IMG/VR virus record: IMGVR_UViG_3300027784_000007
Coordinates: 1-54,363 of that record
Direction: 5' to 3' (one strand)
DNA from: a virus
Lineage: Duplodnaviria; Caudoviricetes
Length of the DNA: 54,363 nucleotides
The translations under genes and the position numbers were made by a program. Positions 44,711-53,765 of this stretch are shown piece by piece; the first letter of the stretch is position 1, and each line of letters starts with the position of its first letter. Below the pieces are notes generated by a model. The model ran no database searches. It saw only the letters and a program-made list of their open reading frames with translations, and was not told the DNA's origin.

Positions 44711-44755
44711 TGGTGGGACCATACGCCTCGACCCGAGCGAAGTCAAGTCCCACCA
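44711..44755 (-). promoter_or_regulatory. Promoter TTGACT-N17-TATGGT framed by a 9-bp inverted repeat
   Basis: TGGTGGGAC (44711-44719) / GTCCCACCA (44747-44755). Confidence 0.7.
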
Positions 44756-44764
44756 GACGCACGA

Positions 44765-44793
44765 ACGCCCTCGCAACCGGAGAGCGAGGGCGT
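44765..44793 (-). terminator. Hairpin terminator-like element
   Basis: ACGCCCTCGC-loop-GCGAGGGCGT followed by TCGTGCGT. Confidence 0.5.
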
Positions 44794-44868
44794 CGTGCCT
44801 GACACGGGGACCACCGTGGCAGCCGGGGGCCCAGGCACCACCCTGGACCACCGTCCAGCCTAGCGGGC

Positions 44869-45519
44869 CTACGGGCGGTCCGACAGGCGAGGCAGGGAAT
44901 CGATGTAGCGCTGGATGCGGTTGATGTTGTCCTTGGCCTTGAACAGGCGGCCGAGCAGGGTCTCCTCGAGGGCAAGCAGGGAACGGTGGCGGCCAGCGAT
45001 GCCGTCGACCTCGAGGGCCTCCTCGACCTCGGCGTCGATGTCGCCGGAGGTGCGGCGGCCACGCTCCACGGGGTTCTTGCGTGCCTCGCGGCGGGCGCGG
45101 GCGCGGGCCAGGATGAGGTCGCCCTCGATGGATGGGGCCTCGGGGTCGTCGGGGTCGCCAGCGAGCCAGACGCGGACCTGGGCGAGCTCCTCGGTGACGC
45201 CGTCGTGCTCCCAGGCCCACGCGTCGATTTCGTCCTGGGCGGTGAAGATGTTCAGGTCGGCGGGCAGGTGCTCGCGAGGGGGGACGGGACCACGGGTGCG
45301 GGGCGGCCAGGCCGAGGCGGCGGTGTCGGGCTGGTAGGCCCGCTCAGGGCGCTGTGCCTGCAGCGGGGCGAGGGCGGCAGCGATGACACGCGGGTCGATG
45401 CCGGTGCGCGGCTGCTCGTCGACGCGACGGCCACCGGGCGCAGGCCCGGACGGGGGCGGGGCCAGGTCGGCGACGGGTCCGGACGATGGGTAGCCGCCGG
45501 AGCGGTCACGTTGGCCCAT
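44869..45519 (-). CDS. Hypothetical protein (helical C-half)
   Basis: 216 aa, GGGAGGACC RBS. Confidence 0.55.
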   Translation of the reverse strand: MGQRDRSGGYPSSGPVADLAPPPSGPAPGGRRVDEQPRTGIDPRVIAAALAPLQAQRPERAYQPDTAASAWPPRTRGPVPPREHLPADLNIFTAQDEIDAWAWEHDGVTEELAQVRVWLAGDPDDPEAPSIEGDLILARARARREARKNPVERGRRTSGDIDAEVEEALEVDGIAGRHRSLLALEETLLGRLFKAKDNINRIQRYIDSLPRLSDRP

Positions 45520-45697
45520 GGGGCGGGTCCTCCCGTCTGGTGACCAGGCCTGCGGCGACGCGGAGCGAGGTGGCGCGGTACAGGCAGTCGCAGTCGTCGG
45601 TGGGCAGGCAGCGGTCTTGGTGAACGGTCAGGGCGTCCTCGGCGGCCTCGCGGAGCAGGGAGCGGGGCAGACGGACCTCGGCGTAGTCGTTGCTCAC
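45506..45697 (-). CDS. Hypothetical protein
   Basis: GTGA overlap with the RuvC-like gene. Confidence 0.45.
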   Translation of the reverse strand: MSNDYAEVRLPRSLLREAAEDALTVHQDRCLPTDDCDCLYRATSLRVAAGLVTRREDPPHGPT

Positions 45698-46200
45698 GGC
45701 CGAGCCCGATGGGCGGCGAGCCAGAGCGTCTCGGCGGCGTGGCTGTGGTCCCACGCGGCCCGGACGTGGCGGAGGCGGTCCTTGCCTTTCGAGCCCGAGG
45801 CGGGACGGATGGGCTCGGGGTAGCTCTGCGGGTGGTAGTCGGCGACACCGCGGCCGGACTCCACGACGATGGCGTTCGGCCAGCGGGCGAGCAGGGACCC
45901 GATGACCATCGCGGTGCCGTACAGGTGGGTCTGGTTCTTGCGGGTCGGGCCGTGGTCGGGCCAGTAGGCGACGGCCTCGATGCCGACGACGTAGGTGTCG
46001 CGCAGGGACGCGTCGAGGCCGGCATCGTTGAGGACACGGTTGCAGGCGAGGCGGACCTGGGTGATGTAGGCCCCACCGGGCATGGTGGTGCCGGTGGGGC
46101 GAACCACGAGCTCCCAGGCGAGCAGGTCCTCGCGTCGACGGACGACCAGGCCGGTGTTGCGGGCGCCAGGGTCGATGCCGAGGATGACGGGTGGGCTCAT
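45694..46200 (-). CDS. RuvC-like Holliday junction resolvase
   Basis: ILGIDPGARNTGLV and VVGIE RNase H-fold motifs. Confidence 0.7.
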   Translation of the reverse strand: MSPPVILGIDPGARNTGLVVRRREDLLAWELVVRPTGTTMPGGAYITQVRLACNRVLNDAGLDASLRDTYVVGIEAVAYWPDHGPTRKNQTHLYGTAMVIGSLLARWPNAIVVESGRGVADYHPQSYPEPIRPASGSKGKDRLRHVRAAWDHSHAAETLWLAAHRARP

Positions 46201-46340
46201 CGGGGAGGCCTCCCGTACAGGCGGGTGACGCCGGCCATGGCGAGCACGAACCCGACGAACCAGACGGGTGGCGGGTCGCCGAGCATGAGCGCGAAGCCAG
46301 CGCCGAGGAACGCGAACGTCACGATGCGCGACCAGGTCAT
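46197..46340 (-). CDS. Small two-TM membrane protein
   Basis: MTWSRIVTFAFLGAGF... Confidence 0.5.
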   Translation of the reverse strand: MTWSRIVTFAFLGAGFALMLGDPPPVWFVGFVLAMAGVTRLYGRPPR

Positions 46341-46705
46341 TGCCAGCTCCACGGGGCGTCGCGGTAGGGCGGGACGTCGTGCTCGTCGGCGGGGCGCCAT
46401 TCGGCGGCGCCGGGCTCCCAGACCTCACGATTGTAGGTCCAGCGGTACAGCTCGTCGGGGCCTTCGTAGCGGCCGCGGACGAACCGGCCGGGGATGTCCA
46501 GGAACACGGCCTGGGCGAGCTTGGGGTTGGCCTCGGCCCAGCCGTGGCAGCCCCGGACCCCGTCGCCGCAGAGCGGGACGCAGTTGAACAGGTCGGTGGG
46601 GCCACCGCGGCCGGCGGACACGCGGTGCTGCCATGACTCGGCTCGGCGGCCGCACCTGGCGCAGAGCAGCGCCGAGGCGGGCCCGAGCTTCGAGGTGTTC
46701 GACAT
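46337..46705 (-). CDS. HNH endonuclease
   Basis: CARC...QHRVSAGRGG...NCVPLCGDG..GCHG. Confidence 0.8.
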   Translation of the reverse strand: MSNTSKLGPASALLCARCGRRAESWQHRVSAGRGGPTDLFNCVPLCGDGVRGCHGWAEANPKLAQAVFLDIPGRFVRGRYEGPDELYRWTYNREVWEPGAAEWRPADEHDVPPYRDAPWSWQ

Positions 46706-46929
46706 CAGAAGGGGGGGTCGGCGGGGTAGACGATGACGGCGGTCGCCTCCCAGGACAGGATGGTGTTGTCCAGGGCGATGACGTGGGGGGCGCCGGAGCG
46801 GAGGTCGAGCCAGTAGTCGCGGGTGGTGCCGAGCAGGGCCTCCGCGGCCCGGTGGGCGTTGGCGACGAGCTCGTCGTAGCCGTTGCCGGTGACGGGGACC
46901 TCGACGGTGAGGCGGGTGTCCTGTCCCAT
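46705..46929 (-). CDS. Hypothetical protein
   Basis: 74 aa, TGATG overlaps. Confidence 0.55.
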   Translation of the reverse strand: MGQDTRLTVEVPVTGNGYDELVANAHRAAEALLGTTRDYWLDLRSGAPHVIALDNTILSWEATAVIVYPADPPF

Positions 46930-47306
46930 CAGTTGTCGCCGTGGACGCGGGCGCGGAGCTCCTCCGGGTCGACCAGGGCGTCGACGGCGGCCTCGTGCCG
47001 GGCATCGCGGGCGGCAGCTTCAGACGACGGCTCTTCCTCGTCGCTAGACGGGTCGGGCCAGCCGGACATGACCGGCTCGAGCAGCGAACCCGACGGTCGG
47101 GTGTCAGCCAGGCGGCCAGCGCGGTAGTGGACATGCTCGAGCGCGTCGGCGAGGTGGTTCGCGCGGAGGGCCTTCGCCGCATCGGCGATGGTGCCGATGT
47201 AGGTGGCAGCCTCCTTCGGGTCGGGGGCGAGGTCGAGCAGCTCCTCGGCAGCCCCGATGAGGGCGGCGGCGTCACGGACAGCAGAGGTTTCGGGGCGGTC
47301 ACTCAT
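46929..47306 (-). CDS. Hypothetical protein
   Basis: MSDRPETS, AAGGA RBS. Confidence 0.55.
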   Translation of the reverse strand: MSDRPETSAVRDAAALIGAAEELLDLAPDPKEAATYIGTIADAAKALRANHLADALEHVHYRAGRLADTRPSGSLLEPVMSGWPDPSSDEEEPSSEAAARDARHEAAVDALVDPEELRARVHGDN

Positions 47307-47622
47307 CGTCGGTTCCTTCGAGGTCGTCGTCGAGGGAGGTCTGGCCGGCCTCTTCGTCGGCACGGCGCTTGAGCTCGGCCTCGAGCTCGCGGGCGAGCTC
47401 CTCCGAGGCCAGGATTGCGTCGGACACCTTGAAACTCTGGACCAGGTTCATCACGCCGAACGCGTTGACCTTGAACGCGTCGCCGGTGACACGGCCGCGG
47501 ACCATGAGGACCATCGGCTCGTCGACGGGCAGCGGGTCGTCGCCACGCCAGCCGTCGTCCTTTCCGCTGAACGCGATGTGGTGGCCGGAGGGGACCCGGC
47601 CACCGTGCTCTGGCAGGTTCAT
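47299..47622 (-). CDS. Hypothetical protein
   Basis: MNLPEHGG, AAGGAG RBS. Confidence 0.55.
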   Translation of the reverse strand: MNLPEHGGRVPSGHHIAFSGKDDGWRGDDPLPVDEPMVLMVRGRVTGDAFKVNAFGVMNLVQSFKVSDAILASEELARELEAELKRRADEEAGQTSLDDDLEGTDDE

Positions 47623-48083
47623 CTGTGCTCCTTGGGTGGGTCGAACAGGGAGAGCGGCTCCGCGGGGGGCGGGGCAGGACCTGCGTCGCGGCCGTCGAAC
47701 GCGGACCACGGGATGAGGACCTGCCGGTCGACGTCGGCGCGGATGAGGTACGGGGACCGGGCGCCGTTCTTGAGGACGTCGGCGGCGTAGGCGCGGACGA
47801 CGTCCCACGGGACCCGGGCGGTGTTGGGTCCAGCGAGCAGCACGAGCTCCCGGGGGGGAACGGCGTGCTGGTCGCAGGTCTGGATGACCTCGAGGTTGAC
47901 GCCGACGCCGGGGGAGGTGCGCCAGGCGTGCCGGGACGGGTCGAACCGCTTGGTGAGGATGCCTCGGGACAGGACGCCCACGGCGACGCGACGCCGGCCG
48001 GTGTTGAGCAGCCAGGTTCTGCCGGTCGAGCCGTGCTTCTCGAGCAGGGCGGGACGGGAGGGAGGCGGGAGCCGGTCAGTCAT
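47619..48083 (-). CDS. Hypothetical protein
   Basis: 154 aa. Confidence 0.55.
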   Translation of the reverse strand: MTDRLPPPSRPALLEKHGSTGRTWLLNTGRRRVAVGVLSRGILTKRFDPSRHAWRTSPGVGVNLEVIQTCDQHAVPPRELVLLAGPNTARVPWDVVRAYAADVLKNGARSPYLIRADVDRQVLIPWSAFDGRDAGPAPPPAEPLSLFDPPKEHR

Positions 48084-48594
48084 CGTCGTTGTCCAGGGAC
48101 AGGCCGCTGGGGCGCCAGACGGAACCGTGCATGTCGACGGCGGACACGTTGAGGATGACGCCGCTGGTGAGGGCGAACTCGAACCCGTTGTCGGCGCGGA
48201 GCAGCAGCGGCCACGACCAGGGGTTGATGGCGCGCTGGGTGGCGCGCTCGAGGACGCAGGCCATCTCGTACATGCGGCGGCAGGCGGCGGCCTCGGTGGC
48301 GGTGCGGTAGTAGCCGTCGTTGCGTTCGACCTGGACCATCCGGGACCAGAGCTCGCCGAACTTGACCTCGTCGAGCGTGCCGAACCCTTCCGCGGAGGCG
48401 TGCTGGGCGCAGCGGTCGCAGGCGTCGAACAGCAGCGCGTCCTCCGGGTCGTCGTAGATGAGCGAATCGCGCTCGGGGACCCGGTCGACCAGGGCGATGC
48501 GGCAGCCGGGCTCTCCGTAGCGGCCGAACACCTGGTCGGTGGCGACGGCGAACGGCCAGGGTCCGCTGATGGGGTGGGGACGGTGAACGGTCAT
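48076..48594 (-). CDS. Hypothetical protein
   Basis: MTVHRPHP, GGAGG RBS. Confidence 0.55.
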   Translation of the reverse strand: MTVHRPHPISGPWPFAVATDQVFGRYGEPGCRIALVDRVPERDSLIYDDPEDALLFDACDRCAQHASAEGFGTLDEVKFGELWSRMVQVERNDGYYRTATEAAACRRMYEMACVLERATQRAINPWSWPLLLRADNGFEFALTSGVILNVSAVDMHGSVWRPSGLSLDNDDD

Positions 48595-49058
48595 GTGGCG
48601 ACCTCCTCGGCGACGGCCCATTCCTCGCCAGCGTCGGTCCGCATCGGCCACCAGGCGGTGACGTCGAACCCGACGACGCGAGGCGGGGCCGGACGGCCAC
48701 CGGACAGGTACTCCGGTGGGGCGTGGCGGATGCGGGACACGTAGCCGACGATGCCTCCGGCCGGGACCTCGAGCTGGGCGGCGAAGTCGCGCGGGACGTA
48801 GCCGACGTGGCGCTCGAGCAGCAGGGGGAGGTCCTCGTCGTCGATGCTGCCGACCCGGTCAGGGTCGGTGATGGATGAGGACACCCGGTAGGGCTGACGG
48901 AGCGCTTCGAACGGGGCGATGTGAACACGGACGGCGTTCGGGTCGTGGGGATTGTCGGGCTCGGGCACGAGCAGGGCAGGGTCGCCCACGTCGACGCCGG
49001 CCGCGAGGTGCTCGCGACCCCCGGCCACCATGCCGACGATGCGGATGGCGGCCTTCAC
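48591..49058 (-). CDS. HIRAN-domain protein
   Basis: LVPEPDNPHDPNAVRV...VGYVPR. Confidence 0.8.
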   Translation of the reverse strand: MKAAIRIVGMVAGGREHLAAGVDVGDPALLVPEPDNPHDPNAVRVHIAPFEALRQPYRVSSSITDPDRVGSIDDEDLPLLLERHVGYVPRDFAAQLEVPAGGIVGYVSRIRHAPPEYLSGGRPAPPRVVGFDVTAWWPMRTDAGEEWAVAEEVAT

Positions 49059-49336
49059 GGGTGAACCTCGGCGTGGATGAGCTCCGACACGGTGAACCCG
49101 GCCACCGCGAGGCCGATGTTCGCCTTGGTGTTGACGTGGACGATGGCCTCGAGCAGAGCGCCGCAGACGATGAGCACGTCGAGGTCGGACAGGTCGAGGC
49201 CGCGGTCGCGGCAGGCAGCCTCGAACTGGTCAGCGTGCCCCATCGCGCGCCAGTCCGGCAGGTCGCCGGCATTCTGCAGAGCGACGTGGGCGGCGGCGAG
49301 GCGGACGGCAGCCTCGACACGGGGCTTGTTGGTCAC
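49055..49336 (-). CDS. Hypothetical protein
   Basis: 93 aa behind a diverged repeat promoter. Confidence 0.55.
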   Translation of the reverse strand: MTNKPRVEAAVRLAAAHVALQNAGDLPDWRAMGHADQFEAACRDRGLDLSDLDVLIVCGALLEAIVHVNTKANIGLAVAGFTVSELIHAEVHP

Positions 49337-49348
49337 GGTGGTCCTCCC

Positions 49349-49403
49349 GGTGGTGTAGCCGCACCCTACGCGAGCGCGGCGGGGCGGTCAAGGGGGGCTG
49401 TTC
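49349..49403 (-). promoter_or_regulatory. Diverged repeat promoter
   Basis: CAGCCCCCC-TTGACC-N17-TAGGGT..CTACACC. Confidence 0.65.
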
Positions 49404-49834
49404 TACATGCGGGCGCGCATCGTTGGTTCGGCCCAGGGCGTGCCGTCGTAGACGGCGACGTCGCGGAGGCAGGACGGGCAGACCACGAGGACGATGTCGC
49501 GGCCGTCGCGGCGCTGGGGTCGAGCGCCGGGGATGTCGACCCCGCACGGGCACGGGACGGTGGGCAGGGCCTGCTCCTCGTTGAGCATCGACAGCGTCGA
49601 CACGACCCGGTCGAACATGCGGTCGCCGTAGTGGGCGACGGCCTTGAGGTAGCTGACGCGGAGGCGGGACAGGGCGGGCCCGAGGCCGGACAGGTGGTTG
49701 AGGGTTTCGGTGAGGTGGGGCCAGACCCAACCGGACACGAGGTCGCGGTCCTCGATGCGGGCGAGCAGCTCGGCGACGTCACGGTCGTCCTCGGCGAGCT
49801 GGTCGGGGTCAGGTGAGGGGATGGCGCGGTCCAT
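49403..49834 (-). CDS. Hypothetical protein with C-terminal zinc ribbon
   Basis: CPCG...CPSC. Confidence 0.55.
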   Translation of the reverse strand: MDRAIPSPDPDQLAEDDRDVAELLARIEDRDLVSGWVWPHLTETLNHLSGLGPALSRLRVSYLKAVAHYGDRMFDRVVSTLSMLNEEQALPTVPCPCGVDIPGARPQRRDGRDIVLVVCPSCLRDVAVYDGTPWAEPTMRARM

Positions 49835-50324
49835 CGGACGGTCCTTGGTCGAGGGCGGGAAGGGAGCCGCGCACGAGCTCGGCGGCGGCGTCACGGGTGG
49901 CGCGAGCGGTGACGGTCTGCCAGTAGTCACGGAACTGCGCGCGGGTCGCTGGGTCAGACGGGTCGAAGCTGCGGCAGAGGTTCGCCCATCCGCCCATCGA
50001 CTCGACGTAGGCCACCAGCCGCGGGTCCAGCGTGTCGGGTCGGCCCCAGACGGCCCCGTAGCGGCGCACGGCCCGGCTCAGCGTCCCGAGGGCTTCCGCC
50101 CAGGCCTCGGTATCCCCGAGGGTCCCGCGAAGCTCTCCGGGGCTCTGAGGCGGCCATGAGCGGGACGGGTCGGACGCCCAGGACAGCAGGGCGGCGCGGA
50201 CCTCGTCGGCCTCGAGGTCGGCGAGCAGGCCGTACCACGGCTCCACGGACTCGGGGGGAAGGGGACGGTGCGGCCAGAGGCCGGCCCAGAGCCCGACGAT
50301 GCGAACCCACTCGGACTGCTTCAC
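49809..50324 (-). CDS. Replicative helicase loader/inhibitor-like protein
   Basis: WYGLLADL..EVRAAL, EAW..AVRRYG, GGWANLC..RAQF; follows the initiator gene. Confidence 0.65.
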   Translation of the reverse strand: MKQSEWVRIVGLWAGLWPHRPLPPESVEPWYGLLADLEADEVRAALLSWASDPSRSWPPQSPGELRGTLGDTEAWAEALGTLSRAVRRYGAVWGRPDTLDPRLVAYVESMGGWANLCRSFDPSDPATRAQFRDYWQTVTARATRDAAAELVRGSLPALDQGPSDGPRHPLT

Positions 50325-51124
50325 AGGCCCCTCCGCTCGAGCTCGGCCGCCACGTCGTCATAGGTAGCAGCCAGCGACGACCGTTGGTGGCGGGAGGCCT
50401 CGAGGCGGAGCCTTGAGTACTGCTCCCGGAACTTCGGCGCGGAACGGATGACCACACCCCAGCCGGGGAACCCGGGACCCCCGCGGACGTCGCGCATGGC
50501 GTGCAGCATCACGGACCGGACCTCGTCGACGCCGGGCGGGTCAGCGTCGCCGGTGTCGCCGGGAGGGCCGATGCGGAGCAGCCGGTCGAAGGCTTGATAC
50601 CAGGCCTGGATGGCCTGGGTCCCCTTCGACGGCAGCGGATGACCGTTGGACCGCACGAGCTGCGCGAACTCGCGGGTGAGGTCCCTGACATCCGGGGACC
50701 AGTCGAACCCGTCGGGCGAGGACGACGGACTAGAGGTCTTAGGGGTTAGGTCTTTGGACGGTTCATGGACGGTTTGGGCGGCGCCAGTGTCGCCCCCGGG
50801 GCGGCGCCCAGGTCGCCCCTCCTCCTCATCCGGGGCGGCAATTTGTCGCCCCAGCGGCAGGTCGTAGCAGACGGGACGACGAGCCTTGTCGATGTGCTCA
50901 GGCTGCCAGCCGGACCGGGCGACGAGCCCGTCCTTCTCGAGGGCGCGCAGGGACCGCTGGACGGTGCGCCGGTCGCAGTCGGCGTAGCCGGACAGGGTCT
51001 CCACGGACGGCCAGGCGCCGGTGCCGTCGGCATGGGCGTGGTTGGCGAGGCCGAGCAGCACGAGCTTCGCGGTCGGGGTGGGGCAGCGCTGGTGCAGCGC
51101 CCACGCGGTCGCTTCGATGGACAC
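50321..51124 (-). CDS. Phage replication initiator with N-terminal HTH
   Basis: AKLVLLGLANHA...AWPSVETLS...RRTVQRSLRALEKDGLV. Confidence 0.8.
   Translation of the reverse strand: MSIEATAWALHQRCPTPTAKLVLLGLANHAHADGTGAWPSVETLSGYADCDRRTVQRSLRALEKDGLVARSGWQPEHIDKARRPVCYDLPLGRQIAAPDEEEGRPGRRPGGDTGAAQTVHEPSKDLTPKTSSPSSSPDGFDWSPDVRDLTREFAQLVRSNGHPLPSKGTQAIQAWYQAFDRLLRIGPPGDTGDADPPGVDEVRSVMLHAMRDVRGGPGFPGWGVVIRSAPKFREQYSRLRLEASRHQRSSLAATYDDVAAELERRGL
50731..50852. other. Candidate replication origin (three palindromic iterons plus AT-richer tract)
   Basis: GGGCGGC-N5/6-GTCGCCCC at 50776, 50798 and 50832, inside the initiator gene. Confidence 0.55.
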
Positions 51125-51247
51125 GGTGCCTCCGGTTGGTGAGGTGGGCGTCCGGGGCCGCGCTAGATTCCGCGGTGCGCCGAGGGACGCCTCGAGCGTT
51201 CCGGGGCCTCCGCGTTTGGTCGGGCGCGGGGGCCCCGTCGGCGAACG

Positions 51248-52207
51248 CTAGCTCGGCTCGCCCTCGCCTCGTAGCTGCGTTTCGGCTTCGGCGATGGTCG
51301 AGGCCACCAGGTCCAGCCAGGCGTGCAGGTCCTCGAGCTCGAGGGCCTCGACCTCGCTGCGGCCGGGGAACCGGGACCTCCACTCCCCCACCAGGAACTC
51401 GCGCAGCCCGAGGCGGTGCGCGTCGACCTGCATGTTGGCCCAGCGCTCGAGCAGGGCGAGCCGCTCCTGCTCGTCGCCGGTGCCGAGCTGCGCCAGCGCC
51501 GGGGTCCCGAGGGCTTCGCCGGACCGGGCAGCGAGGGCCTCGAGCGAGGCCTGGCTGTTGGCGATGGCGAGCTGGAACTCGGTGACCTCGTGGACCTTCC
51601 CACGGCCGTCGCGGACGGTGCGGTCCACCATCGTGAGCCGGGCAGGGACAGCGGCCTGCGAGGCGCCGACCATGGTGAGCGCGGCCACGACCCCCTTCAG
51701 CGACGCGGCGGTGCCCCAGGCGTTCGAGCGGAGCTCCCAGATACCGAACCGCTCCACGTCGAGCTCGATGAGGATGGGCATGGTGCTGTGAGGCCGACAG
51801 GACCGCTCAGCGCCCTTCGCCATCTCCTCGGCGCACAGGCACGGCCGGTCGGTCGGGCGGCCGTCCAGGGTCGACATGGTGACCCCGTCGCATCGGCGGA
51901 CGCACTCGGCAGCGCGCCAGAGCTCGAGGGCCTGCCGGAACCCGGCCGGGATGGTGAGCACCTCCGCGGACCGGACATCGGACACCACGTCGTACTCCCA
52001 GGTGAGGGAATCGGACACGATGTCGCCACCGAACTTGACCTGGACGGCGTTCGCCACCTCCGGGTCGTCGGTGTGGAACACCAGCGTCTCGGACCGGGTC
52101 GGCCGCGAGTACGGCTTCCCTTGGCGCGAGGTGGCCTCGACCCCGCGGCCGCAGGTCACGGTGCCGAGGCGAGGGATGCGAGGGCGCAGGACGTCGTTGT
52201 CAATCAT
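51248..52207 (-). CDS. Gp3-like recombination protein (recombination directionality factor-like family)
   Basis: RLGTVTCG...RP, RRCDG, CLC...CRP, GIWELRSNAW motifs. Confidence 0.7.
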   Translation of the reverse strand: MIDNDVLRPRIPRLGTVTCGRGVEATSRQGKPYSRPTRSETLVFHTDDPEVANAVQVKFGGDIVSDSLTWEYDVVSDVRSAEVLTIPAGFRQALELWRAAECVRRCDGVTMSTLDGRPTDRPCLCAEEMAKGAERSCRPHSTMPILIELDVERFGIWELRSNAWGTAASLKGVVAALTMVGASQAAVPARLTMVDRTVRDGRGKVHEVTEFQLAIANSQASLEALAARSGEALGTPALAQLGTGDEQERLALLERWANMQVDAHRLGLREFLVGEWRSRFPGRSEVEALELEDLHAWLDLVASTIAEAETQLRGEGEPS

Positions 52208-52460
52208 CGGGTGGTCCTCCCGGGGCGAGCAGGGCGTGGTAGTCGAAGTACATGAGCAGACGCCGGACAGCGGCATGGCGGCGCGACACGCCACGGGCGA
52301 CCTCGACGCCGGAACGGGTGACAGCAAGCCAGCCGTCAGCGACCTTCATCACGAACCCGACAGGTCGCCCCTCCACGTTGACCACGAACGTGGCCTCGGC
52401 GGACAGGGCGACCTGGGCGATGCCGGACGAGGTGAGCGCGCGGGCCTCTGCGGCGCGCAT
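52200..52460 (-). CDS. Hypothetical protein
   Basis: 86 aa. Confidence 0.5.
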   Translation of the reverse strand: MRAAEARALTSSGIAQVALSAEATFVVNVEGRPVGFVMKVADGWLAVTRSGVEVARGVSRRHAAVRRLLMYFDYHALLAPGGPPDD

Positions 52461-52463
52461 GCC

Positions 52464-52706
52464 CTACAGCTTCCCGTCGTCGAGCTTGCGGAGCAGCTCG
52501 TGGGCCCAGCCCTTGGTGTAGCCGAGGGCGCGGGCAGCGGCGGTCGGGTTCACGTCGCGCTCGTCCGAATCGCGGGTCGCGGCCAGCATCTCCGCGAGGA
52601 CCCGGGTCTCGTCCTTGACGGCCTGCCGCAGCTTGTAGAGCTTCTCCTGCTGGCGGACGATGGGACGCAGCTCAGGGTGAATCTTGACGGTTGGGTCGGC
52701 AGCCAT
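52464..52706 (-). CDS. Small HTH DNA-binding protein
   Basis: PTAAARALGYTKGWAHELLR; first gene after a promoter. Confidence 0.6.
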   Translation of the reverse strand: MAADPTVKIHPELRPIVRQQEKLYKLRQAVKDETRVLAEMLAATRDSDERDVNPTAAARALGYTKGWAHELLRKLDDGKL

Positions 52707-52730
52707 GACGGCTCCAGTCGGTCGGGGGCG

Positions 52731-52775
52731 GTGTCGTACACCTGCACCTTACCACGACCGGGCCGGTCCAGTCCA
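52731..52775 (-). promoter_or_regulatory. Promoter TGGACT-N18-TAAGGT with palindromes
   Basis: GACCGGGCCGGTC in the spacer and GTGTNNNACAC near +1. Confidence 0.5.
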
Positions 52776-52778
52776 GGC

Positions 52779-53576
52779 CTACTGAACGCGGAGGGCTGCG
52801 CGCCAGGTCTTGTCGCCCACGACGTAGTCGGGCACGGACGGGCTCGAGGGCCGGCCGGTGGCGAACCGGGCCTGGACGGTGCCAACCGCGGCCTTGGTCA
52901 GCGGGCCACCGATGCCGTCGAGGTTCCCGCTGTAGGCCCCGAGGGCGGCGAGCAGGCCCTGCAGAGCACGGACGTTGTTGTTCGGCTTCGCGCGGGAGCC
53001 GACCCACGTCGACGAGCTCCGGGTCACGCGGCTGAAGTTCAGGACGGGCAGCACGTCGAGCACCCCCTCGGGCGATGGCGGCGGGACAGGGACGGTCACG
53101 GACGACCCGAGCACCTCGCGGATGGTCGCCAGCGTGAGCTTCGACGCCGCAGCAGGCGTGAGCTCGAGGTGGATGTGGTCGTAGTGCGGATGGACGCCGC
53201 GGTAGGGCTCGCCGGCGGGGTCACGAACCGCGGACCAGTGGGTTCGGTTGAAGATGACGTACTGCACGCCGAGGCGGGACGGATGGTTGGCGACGCGGCG
53301 CAGGAACTCGTAGGCCACGGCATGGCCGGCGGCGTCAACAGGGACCGCGAGGTCGGTCGCGCGGCCGCAGGCGTGCATCGACAGCGACGACGCACCACGG
53401 ACCTCGCGGCATGCGTAGATGCCGAGCGACCGGGCCAGCGGCTCGAACTCCTCGAGCCAGTAGGCCATCATCGCGGCCGCTCCTGGGGCGGGACCACCGG
53501 AGCAGGCGGTGCATCGCTGCCACGACGGCATCTGCTCGAACCGGACCTGGGTGGACACGCCGGGGAACGTCCTCAC
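52779..53576 (-). CDS. Endolysin: M15-like Zn peptidase plus peptidoglycan-binding domain
   Basis: SMHACGRATD...HYDHIHLE; VRALQGLL..DGIGGPLTKAAV..Q..DYVVGDKTW. Confidence 0.85.
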   Translation of the reverse strand: MRTFPGVSTQVRFEQMPSWQRCTACSGGPAPGAAAMMAYWLEEFEPLARSLGIYACREVRGASSLSMHACGRATDLAVPVDAAGHAVAYEFLRRVANHPSRLGVQYVIFNRTHWSAVRDPAGEPYRGVHPHYDHIHLELTPAAASKLTLATIREVLGSSVTVPVPPPSPEGVLDVLPVLNFSRVTRSSSTWVGSRAKPNNNVRALQGLLAALGAYSGNLDGIGGPLTKAAVGTVQARFATGRPSSPSVPDYVVGDKTWRAALRVQ

Positions 53577-53740
53577 GTCAGGTCCTCCTCGACGACCGCG
53601 CCAGGGTCGGCGTAGGCCGCAGCGACCGCGCCGGGCTCGAGCTCGTCGTCCGAGGCGTCCGACCCCTCGCCGCCATCCACGTCGATGCGGAGGGCGGGGT
53701 CGACCTCGGCGAGGTCGCCGGTGTCGCGTGGCTCGTCCAT
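53573..53740 (-). CDS. Small acidic protein
   Basis: MDEPRDTGD, AAGGAG RBS. Confidence 0.5.
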   Translation of the reverse strand: MDEPRDTGDLAEVDPALRIDVDGGEGSDASDDELEPGAVAAAYADPGAVVEEDLT

Positions 53741-53765
53741 CGGGGCTCCTTCGACGGAGAGCAGC

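Noticed and set aside
51125-51247. Multi-hairpin intergenic region before the replication initiator
   Set aside because: Hairpins are expected at this GC content and there is no repeated or recognisable motif; too weak to call.
51248-52207. Evidence of lysogeny from the RDF-like family name
   Set aside because: No integrase, att site or clear repressor switch in the window; the replication context favours a general recombination role.
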